DNA of 64,000 nt from Candidatus Nomurabacteria bacterium. Lineage in GTDB: Bacteria; Patescibacteriota; Minisyncoccia; Phycocordibacterales; UBA9973. The position numbers and the translations under genes are program-made. Below are positions 53,455 through 62,825 of this stretch, in pieces; position 1 is the first letter of the stretch, and every line of letters starts with the position of its first letter. The DNA is taken from positions 12,292 to 76,291 of the forward strand of contig JBPOHQ010000007.1 of assembly GCA_052035405.1 (NCBI GenBank), read 5' to 3'. The notes beneath the pieces are model-generated. The model worked only from the letters and a program-made list of their open reading frames with translations. It ran no database searches and had not been told where the DNA came from.

Positions 53455-54867
53455 ATGATTATGAAAAAAGAAAACAAGTATGACCATATAATCCTCGTTT
53501 CATTAGACACACTTAGAAACGACTGTATTACAGCAAACAAAGAAAATTTTGTTAAAAAGATGTTGGGTAAAAAAGCCTTTAAGACGGAAAAAATAGACCA
53601 ACTCATTAAAAAAGGAGTTTACTTTAGAAACTGCATTTCGGCAGCTCCGTATACTTCTGCTTCTCATACCGCTTACTTCACCGGCGTGTGGCCAAACCAA
53701 AATGGTGTATATGAATTTTTTAATAGAAAAATCGCTCGACCAACTATTTTTAAACTGGCAAAAGAAAGCGGTTTCCACACCATATTTCAGACAGACTTTC
53801 CTATCATTCTAGGAGAAAGTCTAGGGTTTACTGATGGTGTAGATGATTATTTTATTGAAGACGAAAAAAGTGCTTTTAAAAAACTACAGACAGCATCAAA
53901 AAACAAAAAAACAGTATCATTCTTTCATTTTGGGGGGATACACTATCCATATGGTTTCCATAAGATAAAATTTGCTAAAAAGGATTTCCCAAACAAGGTT
54001 AAGGCGTTAGAAAAAAAATATGGACTAAAACCAAACACTGATGCACCAGACATGCTGGATGAAAGTTTTCGTGACGATAGAGATAAAGAATATTTACTCA
54101 GATATAAATCTATTGTTGACTATCTGCACTCCGAATCTAAATATGAAGATTTGCTACAGCTCTATCTTGAGGGATTGGATTATTTTTTGAAAAATAGATT
54201 CAATTCTTTTTTTGATAAATTAATTAACTTTGTTGATAAAAATAACGCCCTACTTGTTGTATTTGCGGATCACGGTGAGAACTGGAACGAAAATTCACGA
54301 GGACATTCTAATTCGGTGGATGATGAGGTGTTAAGAGTTCCATTAATATTCTATGGTAAAAATATTCCAAAAAATAAAAAGATAGCTGAACTTGTCAGAA
54401 CGATAGATGTTATACCTACGGTATGTGAATATACAGACATAAAGAAGGTTGGATTTAGTGGTAAACCAATAGATCTGCAAAACATTAAATCTTTTAAATC
54501 GAAGCGAGATGCTTATTCACAAGTATGGAGAGTTGGAGACAAGCGCAAAATATATGAATTTCAACAGAAGATTTTAAAAAATAAAAAAATGTATAGTCCA
54601 TTAAAAACTAAACTAGAGAAAGAGTCAGTGTATGCTAATGAATACTCCTTAAAACGTAAATATCTTGAAAATGGCAAAATAGAGGAAGTCTTGTTTAAAA
54701 ATACAGGAGAAAAAATTGAACCAATGAAAGCGAACGAAAAAATCTCTTCAAAATTAAGAAAGCTTCTGTCGGAATACAATAAAAAAAATAAATTTGTTGG
54801 TGAAAAAATAGATGAGATTCCTACAGAGATTGCCAATGGATTAAAATCTATGGGTTATAATGTCTAG
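53455..54867 (+). CDS. Sulfatase-like alkaline phosphatase superfamily enzyme (Thr at nucleophile site)
   Basis: VSLDTLRND, APYTSASHTAYFTG, IHYPY, ADHGE, ends LKSMGY. Confidence 0.88.
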   Translation: MIMKKENKYDHIILVSLDTLRNDCITANKENFVKKMLGKKAFKTEKIDQLIKKGVYFRNCISAAPYTSASHTAYFTGVWPNQNGVYEFFNRKIARPTIFKLAKESGFHTIFQTDFPIILGESLGFTDGVDDYFIEDEKSAFKKLQTASKNKKTVSFFHFGGIHYPYGFHKIKFAKKDFPNKVKALEKKYGLKPNTDAPDMLDESFRDDRDKEYLLRYKSIVDYLHSESKYEDLLQLYLEGLDYFLKNRFNSFFDKLINFVDKNNALLVVFADHGENWNENSRGHSNSVDDEVLRVPLIFYGKNIPKNKKIAELVRTIDVIPTVCEYTDIKKVGFSGKPIDLQNIKSFKSKRDAYSQVWRVGDKRKIYEFQQKILKNKKMYSPLKTKLEKESVYANEYSLKRKYLENGKIEEVLFKNTGEKIEPMKANEKISSKLRKLLSEYNKKNKFVGEKIDEIPTEIANGLKSMGYNV

Positions 54868-54946
54868 CTAGACTTTTTTGACATAGCTCACTTTTAGTTA
54901 TATAACTAGTAAAAATAACTAGTTCACTCAAAATTAAATAAATAAG

Positions 54947-56239
54947 ATGGGCAAACAGAAAGTACCCTCGGTTAAAGGCATGAATGACATTCTGCCTGAG
55001 AGGCTACGCAAAATGCAGTTTGTAGAGAATCTGCTACTGCAACTTAGCTACAACTATGGGTACTTGCAAGTTAAGACCCCATCAGTTGAGCATGCGGAGC
55101 TGTATACACGTACATCGGAATTTTCGGAAGAGAAGAGCTATCCGGTCATTGATCCGAAGGATCGTGGCCTAGTGCTCAAAAACGACCCGTGTGCACCTTT
55201 GGTTCGCTTGGCGATAGAAAACCTTGTAAACAGGCAACCAGCCCCTTATAAGCTGGTGGCTTGCGATAGTATCTTTCGCTCGACGAACCGCAGGCGTCGA
55301 GAGTTCCGGATGTTCAATTTGGCCTGCTTTGGCGTTCCTGGGTCTATGGCTGACGCCGAGATGCTACGACTTCTGGTCGATTTCTTTGAGGCTCGAGGGC
55401 TTGTGGGTTGCAAAATTACTTTCAACAACCTGCAGCTTTATACCTCCTTGCTTTCCAAAGAAGTTGATGATCCTGAAAAGGTTGGTTCCATATTGCATCA
55501 GATAAGATTTGCAACGGATTTGAAAGCTGTGAGAGAAATACTTACAACTTCACAAGTTTCTGAGCCAATTGGTTCGGTTATATTGCAACTCTGGTCTGGA
55601 ATACAAGGTACCGCTGAACTCATGAGGATCGCTGATTCTTTAGAATGCAATCCATTTACTGAGGCAGTTGTACATCTTGAAGCATTTGAAACAATGTTAC
55701 AAAGCCATGAATTGAATCTTGCGATATTGAATACTGCAAATCTTCACGGCACCGGCTTTTACTCGGGTCTTACGTACAAACTGATTGCACCTGGTGAAAA
55801 AGGTCGTGAAATTGCCGACGGTGGCAGATATGACGACATGTTCACTCAGCTTGGTGGAGTTGGTATGGGTGCTTGCGGAATTGGGTTAGGCATTGAGCGA
55901 CTGGTTGAAATACTAGAAAGCTATGGTTGCCAAACTCAGGAATCAACCACTTGCAAGAGTGTGTTTGTGATTAATGAATTGGACCGTGAATCTTTTGCAA
56001 AATGGTCCAAGACGATCCGCAAACTTCGACTTGAGGGTTTCAAGATTGAGGAAGATCTTTCCCAAAAGAAATTCCAAAAATCTTTTGCCAGAGCAAAGTT
56101 ACTTGGCTACGACCTTGTTTTGGTCATGAGACCTGCCGGTGACAGCATTACAGTACAAATTATCGATGCTAGCACTCTTTTAGTTAGAGAGTTAACAATT
56201 GATAACGAAGCTGAGCTTTATTCTCTTCTTCAAGGGTAA
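54947..56239 (+). CDS. Divergent histidyl-tRNA synthetase paralogue
   Basis: VKGMNDILP, YGYLQVKTP, motif 2 FRSTNRRRREF, DGGRYD, GLGIERL, anticodon-binding-like C-domain. Confidence 0.85.
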   Translation: MGKQKVPSVKGMNDILPERLRKMQFVENLLLQLSYNYGYLQVKTPSVEHAELYTRTSEFSEEKSYPVIDPKDRGLVLKNDPCAPLVRLAIENLVNRQPAPYKLVACDSIFRSTNRRRREFRMFNLACFGVPGSMADAEMLRLLVDFFEARGLVGCKITFNNLQLYTSLLSKEVDDPEKVGSILHQIRFATDLKAVREILTTSQVSEPIGSVILQLWSGIQGTAELMRIADSLECNPFTEAVVHLEAFETMLQSHELNLAILNTANLHGTGFYSGLTYKLIAPGEKGREIADGGRYDDMFTQLGGVGMGACGIGLGIERLVEILESYGCQTQESTTCKSVFVINELDRESFAKWSKTIRKLRLEGFKIEEDLSQKKFQKSFARAKLLGYDLVLVMRPAGDSITVQIIDASTLLVRELTIDNEAELYSLLQG

Positions 56240-56261
56240 ATAAAGACGAATGATTGATAAC

Positions 56262-56297
56262 ATCAGGGTTGTAGCATACAATAGCTACAACCCTGAT
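56262..56297. terminator. 14-bp perfect inverted repeat (terminator or processing hairpin)
   Basis: ATCAGGGTTGTAGC-ATACAATA-GCTACAACCCTGAT. Confidence 0.7.
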
Positions 56298-56302
56298 TTA
56301 GT

Positions 56303-57070
56303 ATGAAAATACCATTTAATATTAAATTAATAATAGTACTGCTATCCATAACGCTTCTTATACAAGTGGTTTTTTTGCTTTTTCCTGAATGGTCTACGGT
56401 TTTACCTCAACCTCTTGAGGTAATTAAGGTAGGCGTAAATGAATTCTCGTCCGGAAATATTTTTATTGATATTTTAGTTAGTCTTAAAAGAGTGACAGTT
56501 GGTTTTCTTTTGGCGACAATTATCGCAATACCACTGGCGATATTTAGCGCCCATCATAAGATTGGTAGATATTTAGTTAATATAAACGAATTGTTACGAC
56601 ATATACCGCCAATAGCCTGGATACCTGTGGCCATAGTTTTTTTTGGCCTTGGAGATGCTTCCGCATTTTTTATTGTTTTCTTGGGTTCCTTTTTCCCAAT
56701 TTTTTTAAATACTTTTTTTGGAGCTAATAGTCTGCCCTTGGTGTATATCAGAGTTTGTCAGTCATTTGAGTTACCGAAAATGGTTTATATGAAAGATATA
56801 CTATTCAAATTCTCATTGCCATATATTTTTACAGGCTTAAGGATAGGTATAGGCATGGCATGGATGAGTGTTATTGCTGCAGAGTTAGTTGGTGCTCAAT
56901 CTGGGCTTGGCTATTATATACAATTCAATAGGCTACTTTTGCATATGGATAAGGTGGTTTTTGGAATGCTTTTGATTGGTTTAATAGGTTTATCTTTAAA
57001 TAAATTAATAAAGTTACTAGAGAAAAAGGTGCTGGTATGGGTGCCTTCAAATCACCATGATAGAAATTAA
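56303..57070 (+). CDS. ABC transporter permease (SsuC/TauC-like)
   Basis: SLKRV..GF, IPPIAWIP, LPYIFTGLRIG, AAELVGAQSGLGY. Confidence 0.93.
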   Translation: MKIPFNIKLIIVLLSITLLIQVVFLLFPEWSTVLPQPLEVIKVGVNEFSSGNIFIDILVSLKRVTVGFLLATIIAIPLAIFSAHHKIGRYLVNINELLRHIPPIAWIPVAIVFFGLGDASAFFIVFLGSFFPIFLNTFFGANSLPLVYIRVCQSFELPKMVYMKDILFKFSLPYIFTGLRIGIGMAWMSVIAAELVGAQSGLGYYIQFNRLLLHMDKVVFGMLLIGLIGLSLNKLIKLLEKKVLVWVPSNHHDRN

Positions 57071-57773
57071 AAACATATCTCATAAATACAAAAGACAAAA
57101 TCAAAATATATTAAATGATATAAATTTTAATATTTCTGATGGAGAATTTGTTACTATTGTCGGAAAATCTGGATGTGGTAAATCAACACTCTTAAACATT
57201 ATTGCCGGATATATAAAACCAACTAACGGAAAGATATTTATTGAAGAAAAAGAAGTAAATAAGCCCGGCAAAGATAGGATTGTAATTCATCAAGGATATG
57301 ACCATTTTGATTGGATGAGCGTCGAAGATAATTTGTTATTAGTAAACAAAGATAAGTCTGTAGTTTATGGATTATTATCAAAAGTAGGACTTGAGGATAT
57401 GCACGATGCATTTCCGCACGAACTTTCTGGCGGAATGAAGAAAAGACTATCTATAGCCAGAGCCTTGGCAGCTGATCCTAAATTCTTGATTATGGACGAG
57501 CCATTTAGTTCACTGGATCATAAAATCAGAAGCCAGATCTATAAAGAAGTTTCGGCCTTAACCAAAGAACTAAATAAAACTGTTTTGTTAGTGACGCACG
57601 ACTTAGATGAAGCAATTGAATTGTCGAATAAGATTATTATTTTGTCTGGTGGCTCAACCACAGTTCATGAAGTAATCTATTTAGATAGACACAATCAATA
57701 TAATGACCATTCAAAGTTTTTGGATCAAATATTTAATTTAAAAAATCAAATAAAAAAATTGATTGAAGATTAA
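57057..57773 (+). CDS. ABC transporter ATP-binding protein (SsuB/TauB-like)
   Basis: GKSGCGKST, LSGGMKKR, MDEPFSSLD, VTHD. Confidence 0.95.
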   Translation: MIEIKNISHKYKRQNQNILNDINFNISDGEFVTIVGKSGCGKSTLLNIIAGYIKPTNGKIFIEEKEVNKPGKDRIVIHQGYDHFDWMSVEDNLLLVNKDKSVVYGLLSKVGLEDMHDAFPHELSGGMKKRLSIARALAADPKFLIMDEPFSSLDHKIRSQIYKEVSALTKELNKTVLLVTHDLDEAIELSNKIIILSGGSTTVHEVIYLDRHNQYNDHSKFLDQIFNLKNQIKKLIED

Positions 57774-57823
57774 TAAATTATTTTCTACTTGAATTTTCTT
57801 AAGAAATAAGTAATAGTAAGGGG

Positions 57824-57943
57824 ATGAGTTTAAGTATCGGAATGGCGTGAGCACAACACGACATATACCCGATCAAGTTATTCCTTTCTATTTCACTATT
57901 AAATTACCACCTCCTTTAGTTAGAGGGATGGATTATGGATTCA
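57824..57943 (+). repeat. 120-bp att-like junction, copy 2, with a second ychF-like start (MSLSIGMA*)
   Basis: Aligns without gaps to 48750-48869. Confidence 0.92.
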
Positions 57944-58032
57944 GTAATTATAATAAAGAGCACAAATAGGCTACTTAGGTTTTTGTAAAAATTTGATAAA
58001 ATCTGTGTAAGATGATTTAATCATTAATATCT

Positions 58033-59088
58033 ATGAGAACAATTCTTATTACTGGTGGCTGTGGCTTTATTGGAGCAAACACGGCAGAGTACTATCTAAC
58101 TAAAAAAGGCTATAAAGTTGTTGTGCTAGATAATCTTTCAAGAGTTGGTTCTAAGTATAATTTACAATGGCTAAAAAAAATTAACGGTAACTTTGTTTTT
58201 CGAAAAATTGACATAAGGGATTACAAATCTTTACTTGTAATATTTGAAGAAGTTAAGCCTGACTTAATTCTACATTTAGCAGGACAAACCACGGTAACTG
58301 GTTCCATGGTAAATCCAAGAGAAGATTTTGAAATTAATGCTGTTGGTACTTTTAATGTTTTAGAAGCCCTTAGAAATGGCGCACCTAAGGCTACCTTGAT
58401 TTACTCTAGTACAAACAAAGTAATGGGCGAACTAGCAGACATGCCTATTCGAGAAGAAAAAAATAAATATTCTTTCAAGAACATAAAAGGTATTTCTGAA
58501 AAACAGCCATTAGATTTTTGTAGCCCATATGGTTGCTCAAAAGGTTGTGGTGATCAATATGTTTTAGATTATGCAAGAATTTATAAATTAAACACTGTCG
58601 TTTTTAGGCAATCATGTATTTATGGTTCAAGACAATTCGGCATAGAAGGACAAGGGTGGCTTGCCTGGCTCATGAGTTCTTTGATTTTTGATCAGGCTGT
58701 ATCTTTATATGGTACGGGCAAACAAGTTAGAGACATTCTGCATGTTAGAGATTTAATAAGTGCTTTTGATTTAGCTTTTAAAAATATTAAAATAACTAAG
58801 GGCAAAGCTTATACTATTGGAGGAGGTCCAAATTTTTCTGTCTCTATTTTAGAATTCTTTGAAATCCTAGAAAATATTTCTGGTAAGAAGTTTAACTACA
58901 AGATGAAACCTTGGAGATTGGTAGATCAAAAAGTCTATATTTCCGATGTGTCTTCGGCAAGTAAAGATTTTAATTGGATACCAAAAGTGAGTCCAAAAGA
59001 AGGTATAAAAGATATGTATGATTGGGTTTTGCAAAATAAACAACTTATAGATAAATCTGGTATTTTAAATAATAAAACAAAAAAATAA
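58033..59088 (+). CDS. NAD-dependent nucleotide-sugar epimerase (CDP-paratose 2-epimerase-like)
   Basis: TGGCGFIG, YSSTNKV, PYGCSK, FRQSCIYG, GKQVRD. Confidence 0.9.
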   Translation: MRTILITGGCGFIGANTAEYYLTKKGYKVVVLDNLSRVGSKYNLQWLKKINGNFVFRKIDIRDYKSLLVIFEEVKPDLILHLAGQTTVTGSMVNPREDFEINAVGTFNVLEALRNGAPKATLIYSSTNKVMGELADMPIREEKNKYSFKNIKGISEKQPLDFCSPYGCSKGCGDQYVLDYARIYKLNTVVFRQSCIYGSRQFGIEGQGWLAWLMSSLIFDQAVSLYGTGKQVRDILHVRDLISAFDLAFKNIKITKGKAYTIGGGPNFSVSILEFFEILENISGKKFNYKMKPWRLVDQKVYISDVSSASKDFNWIPKVSPKEGIKDMYDWVLQNKQLIDKSGILNNKTKK

Positions 59089-59100
59089 TTGCTACTGATC

Positions 59101-60009
59101 ATGGAAAAAGGACCCGAAAGAATAATAAATATCGATATAAAATGTCTACAAATTGACAGAGAAAATTTAGAATCCCAGCTTAAAAAAATTTCAGAGGTTC
59201 TATTAAAAATATCAGAAGACGATCGTTTCGATACCTTCTCTCACTTTGCAACACTTGCCGACATTTCAGACAGTCAAAGTGTTGATCCAGTAAATAGTGT
59301 GGAATTGTTAGAAAACTGGGACTATGAAAGTATGGATTTTATTAAAAAAGAGAAAGCAGGAAACTGTGTTGATTTTGCAGTCTTGTGTCAAAAAATGTTA
59401 GCAGATGTTGGAGTGCCCACAACAATAATTGGAAGACTGGCAGAAGAAAAAGATTATACACCAAGACAAGCCAGCTTTTTAAAATATAGACACGTTGCTC
59501 CTATGTATGCAAATGAATCAAACGGGTTAAAATTATTTGTATTGGAACCAAGTTGGAAGTTTTCTGAACCAGTACCAATTGCATTAGGTGTACCTTCTAT
59601 TTATAAAGACTGGGTATCTGAGGTAACTAATATCAAAGGTGTAAATTTTTCCCAAAAAGCATTTAATCCAGTAAAGAATAAACGCAGAGAAAGATTGTAT
59701 GATATTCATCCACTTGATATAGACTACTGCTGTCAACTAACTAAGCGTTTTATCCGAGTGCCTAGAGAATTAAAAATATTGAATACAAAAAACGAAGAAA
59801 TTATTCAATTCGTTAAATTTGACGCTAAGAAGCAGATATTTGTCACAAATATAGAGGGTGTGGGTTCTGAGTTTTTACCTGACACAATTAGTGGGGAGCA
59901 ATCAAGAGTGTTAGAAGAAGTTTTGGGAAAGCCTGAATTAACCACTTATCTATCTAAAGTTTTTAATTTCATACAATCATTACCGAATGATTTTTGGATA
60001 AAAGATTAA
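59101..60009 (+). CDS. Transglutaminase/arylamine N-acetyltransferase-like fold protein
   Basis: Possible Cys-His-acid triad: GNCVDFA, RHVA, VLEP. Confidence 0.55.
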   Translation: MEKGPERIINIDIKCLQIDRENLESQLKKISEVLLKISEDDRFDTFSHFATLADISDSQSVDPVNSVELLENWDYESMDFIKKEKAGNCVDFAVLCQKMLADVGVPTTIIGRLAEEKDYTPRQASFLKYRHVAPMYANESNGLKLFVLEPSWKFSEPVPIALGVPSIYKDWVSEVTNIKGVNFSQKAFNPVKNKRRERLYDIHPLDIDYCCQLTKRFIRVPRELKILNTKNEEIIQFVKFDAKKQIFVTNIEGVGSEFLPDTISGEQSRVLEEVLGKPELTTYLSKVFNFIQSLPNDFWIKD

Positions 60010-60027
60010 TAATTAATTTAACAATAT

Positions 60028-61224
60028 ATGAAAATATGTATTTACGCTCATAGTTTTCCGCCTATTATTGGTGGTGCCCAGACTTACCAATATAATTTAG
60101 CTATCGGTTTAGGTAAGCTGGGTCACGAGGTGTTAGTTTTAACAGGTGAGATTCCCAATTCTTTAAAACCGAAGATTAAAGATTATAAATCGCCTTATTT
60201 TAAAGTTGTTAGAGTTCCTGGTTTTCGTGAATCCATTAAAATGAAAGCACCTTTTAGAGATTTACTAATTGATTCGTTTAATATTTTAAAAAAGTTTGAC
60301 CCAGACATCATATATTCAAATGGATTTATCCCTTGTTTACTTATTTCTATGATAAAAGATGGTTTGCGTGCTAAACATATTTTTAGTTATCATTCTACTC
60401 CAGAGTTGGATGTAAATAAGCTTGTCGGTATTTGGCCTGGAAATTTAGAGTTTGAGTTATCAATTGCTAGATATATTTTTAAGCAAAGGTCTTTTGATGC
60501 TTATTTAGCATGTAGCAATAACTATCTTAATACTGTAAAAAGTAGCGTTGATGCAAAAATAAAAAACGCACACCGTATTTATTACGGCGTAGACATGAAA
60601 AAGTTTTCTTTTGAGTTAAAAGTTAACAGAGAAAAACATGGCTTCAGTAACAGAGATTTTATTGTTCTTTGTCCGGTCAGACTTATTGAAAGAAAAGGCA
60701 TTCTGGATATTTTAAAAGCATTTAGCATATTAAAAAAAGAGATTCCAAATATTAAACTTTTAATTCCTACGAGCAAGCTTTCTACAAATGATAAATTTGC
60801 TCAATCAATTTTAATATTGATTAAAAAGTTAAAAATACAAAATTATGTTTCAATAAGACCAGATGAGTTTACTATAGAAGACATGCCTAAGGTTTACGCT
60901 CTTTCAGATATAATGGTTTTTCCTTCATATTCAGAAGGGTTGGGCATAATATCTCTAGAAGCAATGTCTATGAAAAAACCAGTAGTTGCTACAAACATTC
61001 CTGGAATTAACGAGGTCGTTATACATAACAAAACAGGATTATTAGTAGACATAAAAAATCCTAAACAGATTGCTGAATCAATAAAGTTGCTATATAAAGA
61101 CAACGATTTACGAGACCGTCTAACTAAAAATGCGTACTCTATGATTCAAAAAGAGTTTGAATTAAATAATCAAGTTAAAAAAGCTGAAAAGCTTTTTGTT
61201 GCAGTATATGGAAAAAATAAATAA
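60028..61224 (+). CDS. GT4 family glycosyltransferase
   Basis: FPPIIGGA, RLIERKG, FPSYSEGLGIISLEAM. Confidence 0.93.
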   Translation: MKICIYAHSFPPIIGGAQTYQYNLAIGLGKLGHEVLVLTGEIPNSLKPKIKDYKSPYFKVVRVPGFRESIKMKAPFRDLLIDSFNILKKFDPDIIYSNGFIPCLLISMIKDGLRAKHIFSYHSTPELDVNKLVGIWPGNLEFELSIARYIFKQRSFDAYLACSNNYLNTVKSSVDAKIKNAHRIYYGVDMKKFSFELKVNREKHGFSNRDFIVLCPVRLIERKGILDILKAFSILKKEIPNIKLLIPTSKLSTNDKFAQSILILIKKLKIQNYVSIRPDEFTIEDMPKVYALSDIMVFPSYSEGLGIISLEAMSMKKPVVATNIPGINEVVIHNKTGLLVDIKNPKQIAESIKLLYKDNDLRDRLTKNAYSMIQKEFELNNQVKKAEKLFVAVYGKNK

Positions 61225-61831
61225 AACTCTAGCAAATAAAATTAAAAAGTACATAAAAAGCACTAGACATCCATTAATTGTTTTAATCTCTGGTATCAAT
61301 GGAGTGGGTAAAACAACAGTGGCTTTTAATTTGTCGAATCTTTTGGATATAAAGCAAAGAGTTGGGCTAGGTTCAATAGTAAAGACTCTTATCTCAATCG
61401 ATCCAAAGAATAAAGATTTTTATAAGATGGATAATTATTTCACATCTTCTATTAAGATGAATGAATTAAAAAAACAGTCTTTAGTTATAAGTAAGTCAGT
61501 AAATCTAATGATAGAAAAATATAGCGTTGGGGGAGTTTCTTGTATTATTGAAGGTGTCCAGTTGATACCGAGATATTTGGTTGGTAATACAATTCAATTT
61601 TATATACAAATCACTGATTCAAAAAAGTACAAACAACGGTTAGAAATTTGTGACACTAGAACTCCTCGCATTGTTTCTGAAAAAGAATTTAGTAATTTAC
61701 TAAAACTGAATCAGCTTCTAGAGAAAGAAATGAGTAAGAGTAAAGTGTGTGTTTTGGATGGTTCAAAGTCTTTGGTTGCAATTATCAACGAAATGTTGGA
61801 AAATATAGCTATTAATCTTAATTTAAAGTAA
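61208..61831 (+). CDS. P-loop small-molecule kinase (2-phosphoglycerate kinase-like)
   Basis: ISGINGVGKTTVA, CIIEGVQL. Confidence 0.75.
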   Translation: MEKINKTLANKIKKYIKSTRHPLIVLISGINGVGKTTVAFNLSNLLDIKQRVGLGSIVKTLISIDPKNKDFYKMDNYFTSSIKMNELKKQSLVISKSVNLMIEKYSVGGVSCIIEGVQLIPRYLVGNTIQFYIQITDSKKYKQRLEICDTRTPRIVSEKEFSNLLKLNQLLEKEMSKSKVCVLDGSKSLVAIINEMLENIAINLNLK

Positions 61832-61839
61832 TAAAATTT

Positions 61840-62823
61840 ATGTCTATTGAATTCTCTGAGTTAAAACAACTATCAAAAGAAGCAAGAGATGCCTCGAATA
61901 TACTTAGAAAAGAGCTTGGAGAAATGCCACATAAAATCAAAGGCAATTTCATTGCTTTCTTTGGTCGTCAATTTAATCCTGATTACAAATGGAATAGTGC
62001 CTTAAAACCATTATGGTCTGGTTTTTATATTAAATATAATGATTTGGAAATGATGGTAGATCCCGGGATAAATATTTTGGAAAGGGCAGAAAGAATAGGT
62101 GTTAATTTGGCACTCACAAATACTTTGTTTATCTCTCACGGACACATAGATCATGGTCATGATGCAAATGTGATTGCTGAAATGGCTGCTTATAGGGAGA
62201 ATTCCAAACTGCGAATATTAATGTCTGAGTGCACACAAGAAGAGAAAATAATGAGCCATTATCATTCTCAGTCTCAAGATGGAACTGAACTTATTTTAAT
62301 TGATAAATCGAAGGGAATTGATTTAGGAAATAATATTAAATTAAAGCCAGTAGAAGTATTGCATACAATCGGAGGATCCTTTGGCTTTGTCCTTGATTTA
62401 CACGGATTAACAATTGGATATACAGGCGATACTGGTTTTAACGCAACATATAAAACCACTGACGGTAGAGAACTCCCTGCTTTTGGTAAAATTCCAGACA
62501 AAAAAGAAATTGAAGAACCGGGAGCTTTTAACGAGGAATTGAAGAAAGTTTTTAGTGACCTGGATATGTTGGTTTTCAATTTGCATGATGTTGAATTCAG
62601 AAAACACACTAAACATAATTTGTATCATTCTACTGTATCTGATGCCGTGGAAGTTCTACAGGGATCCAAAGTCAAGCATTGTTTTTTTGAACATTTTAAT
62701 CCTCATGGATGTCTAGGCGTAGAGTATCCACAAAAAGTGAATCAGTATATAAAAGAAGTTAGTGGCAAAGAAACAACACTTGTTGCCTTAAATGGACATA
62801 TTGTTAACCTAGATAATATTTAA
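61840..62823 (+). CDS. Metallo-beta-lactamase fold hydrolase
   Basis: VDPG, ISHGHIDHGHD, LH, YTGDT, YHST. Confidence 0.88.
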   Translation: MSIEFSELKQLSKEARDASNILRKELGEMPHKIKGNFIAFFGRQFNPDYKWNSALKPLWSGFYIKYNDLEMMVDPGINILERAERIGVNLALTNTLFISHGHIDHGHDANVIAEMAAYRENSKLRILMSECTQEEKIMSHYHSQSQDGTELILIDKSKGIDLGNNIKLKPVEVLHTIGGSFGFVLDLHGLTIGYTGDTGFNATYKTTDGRELPAFGKIPDKKEIEEPGAFNEELKKVFSDLDMLVFNLHDVEFRKHTKHNLYHSTVSDAVEVLQGSKVKHCFFEHFNPHGCLGVEYPQKVNQYIKEVSGKETTLVALNGHIVNLDNI

Positions 62824-62825
62824 TT

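Larger units (their letters stand above)
48750..57823. mobile_element. Integrase-less island/cassette 1 between the two junction repeats
   Basis: Bounded by direct repeats; accessory cargo; abrupt change from the upstream surface cluster. Confidence 0.6.

Noticed and set aside
54947-56239. Calling the paralogue hisZ or a second hisS
   Set aside because: No his biosynthesis genes nearby and a C-terminal anticodon-like domain is present (against hisZ); His-pocket motifs are altered (against hisS)
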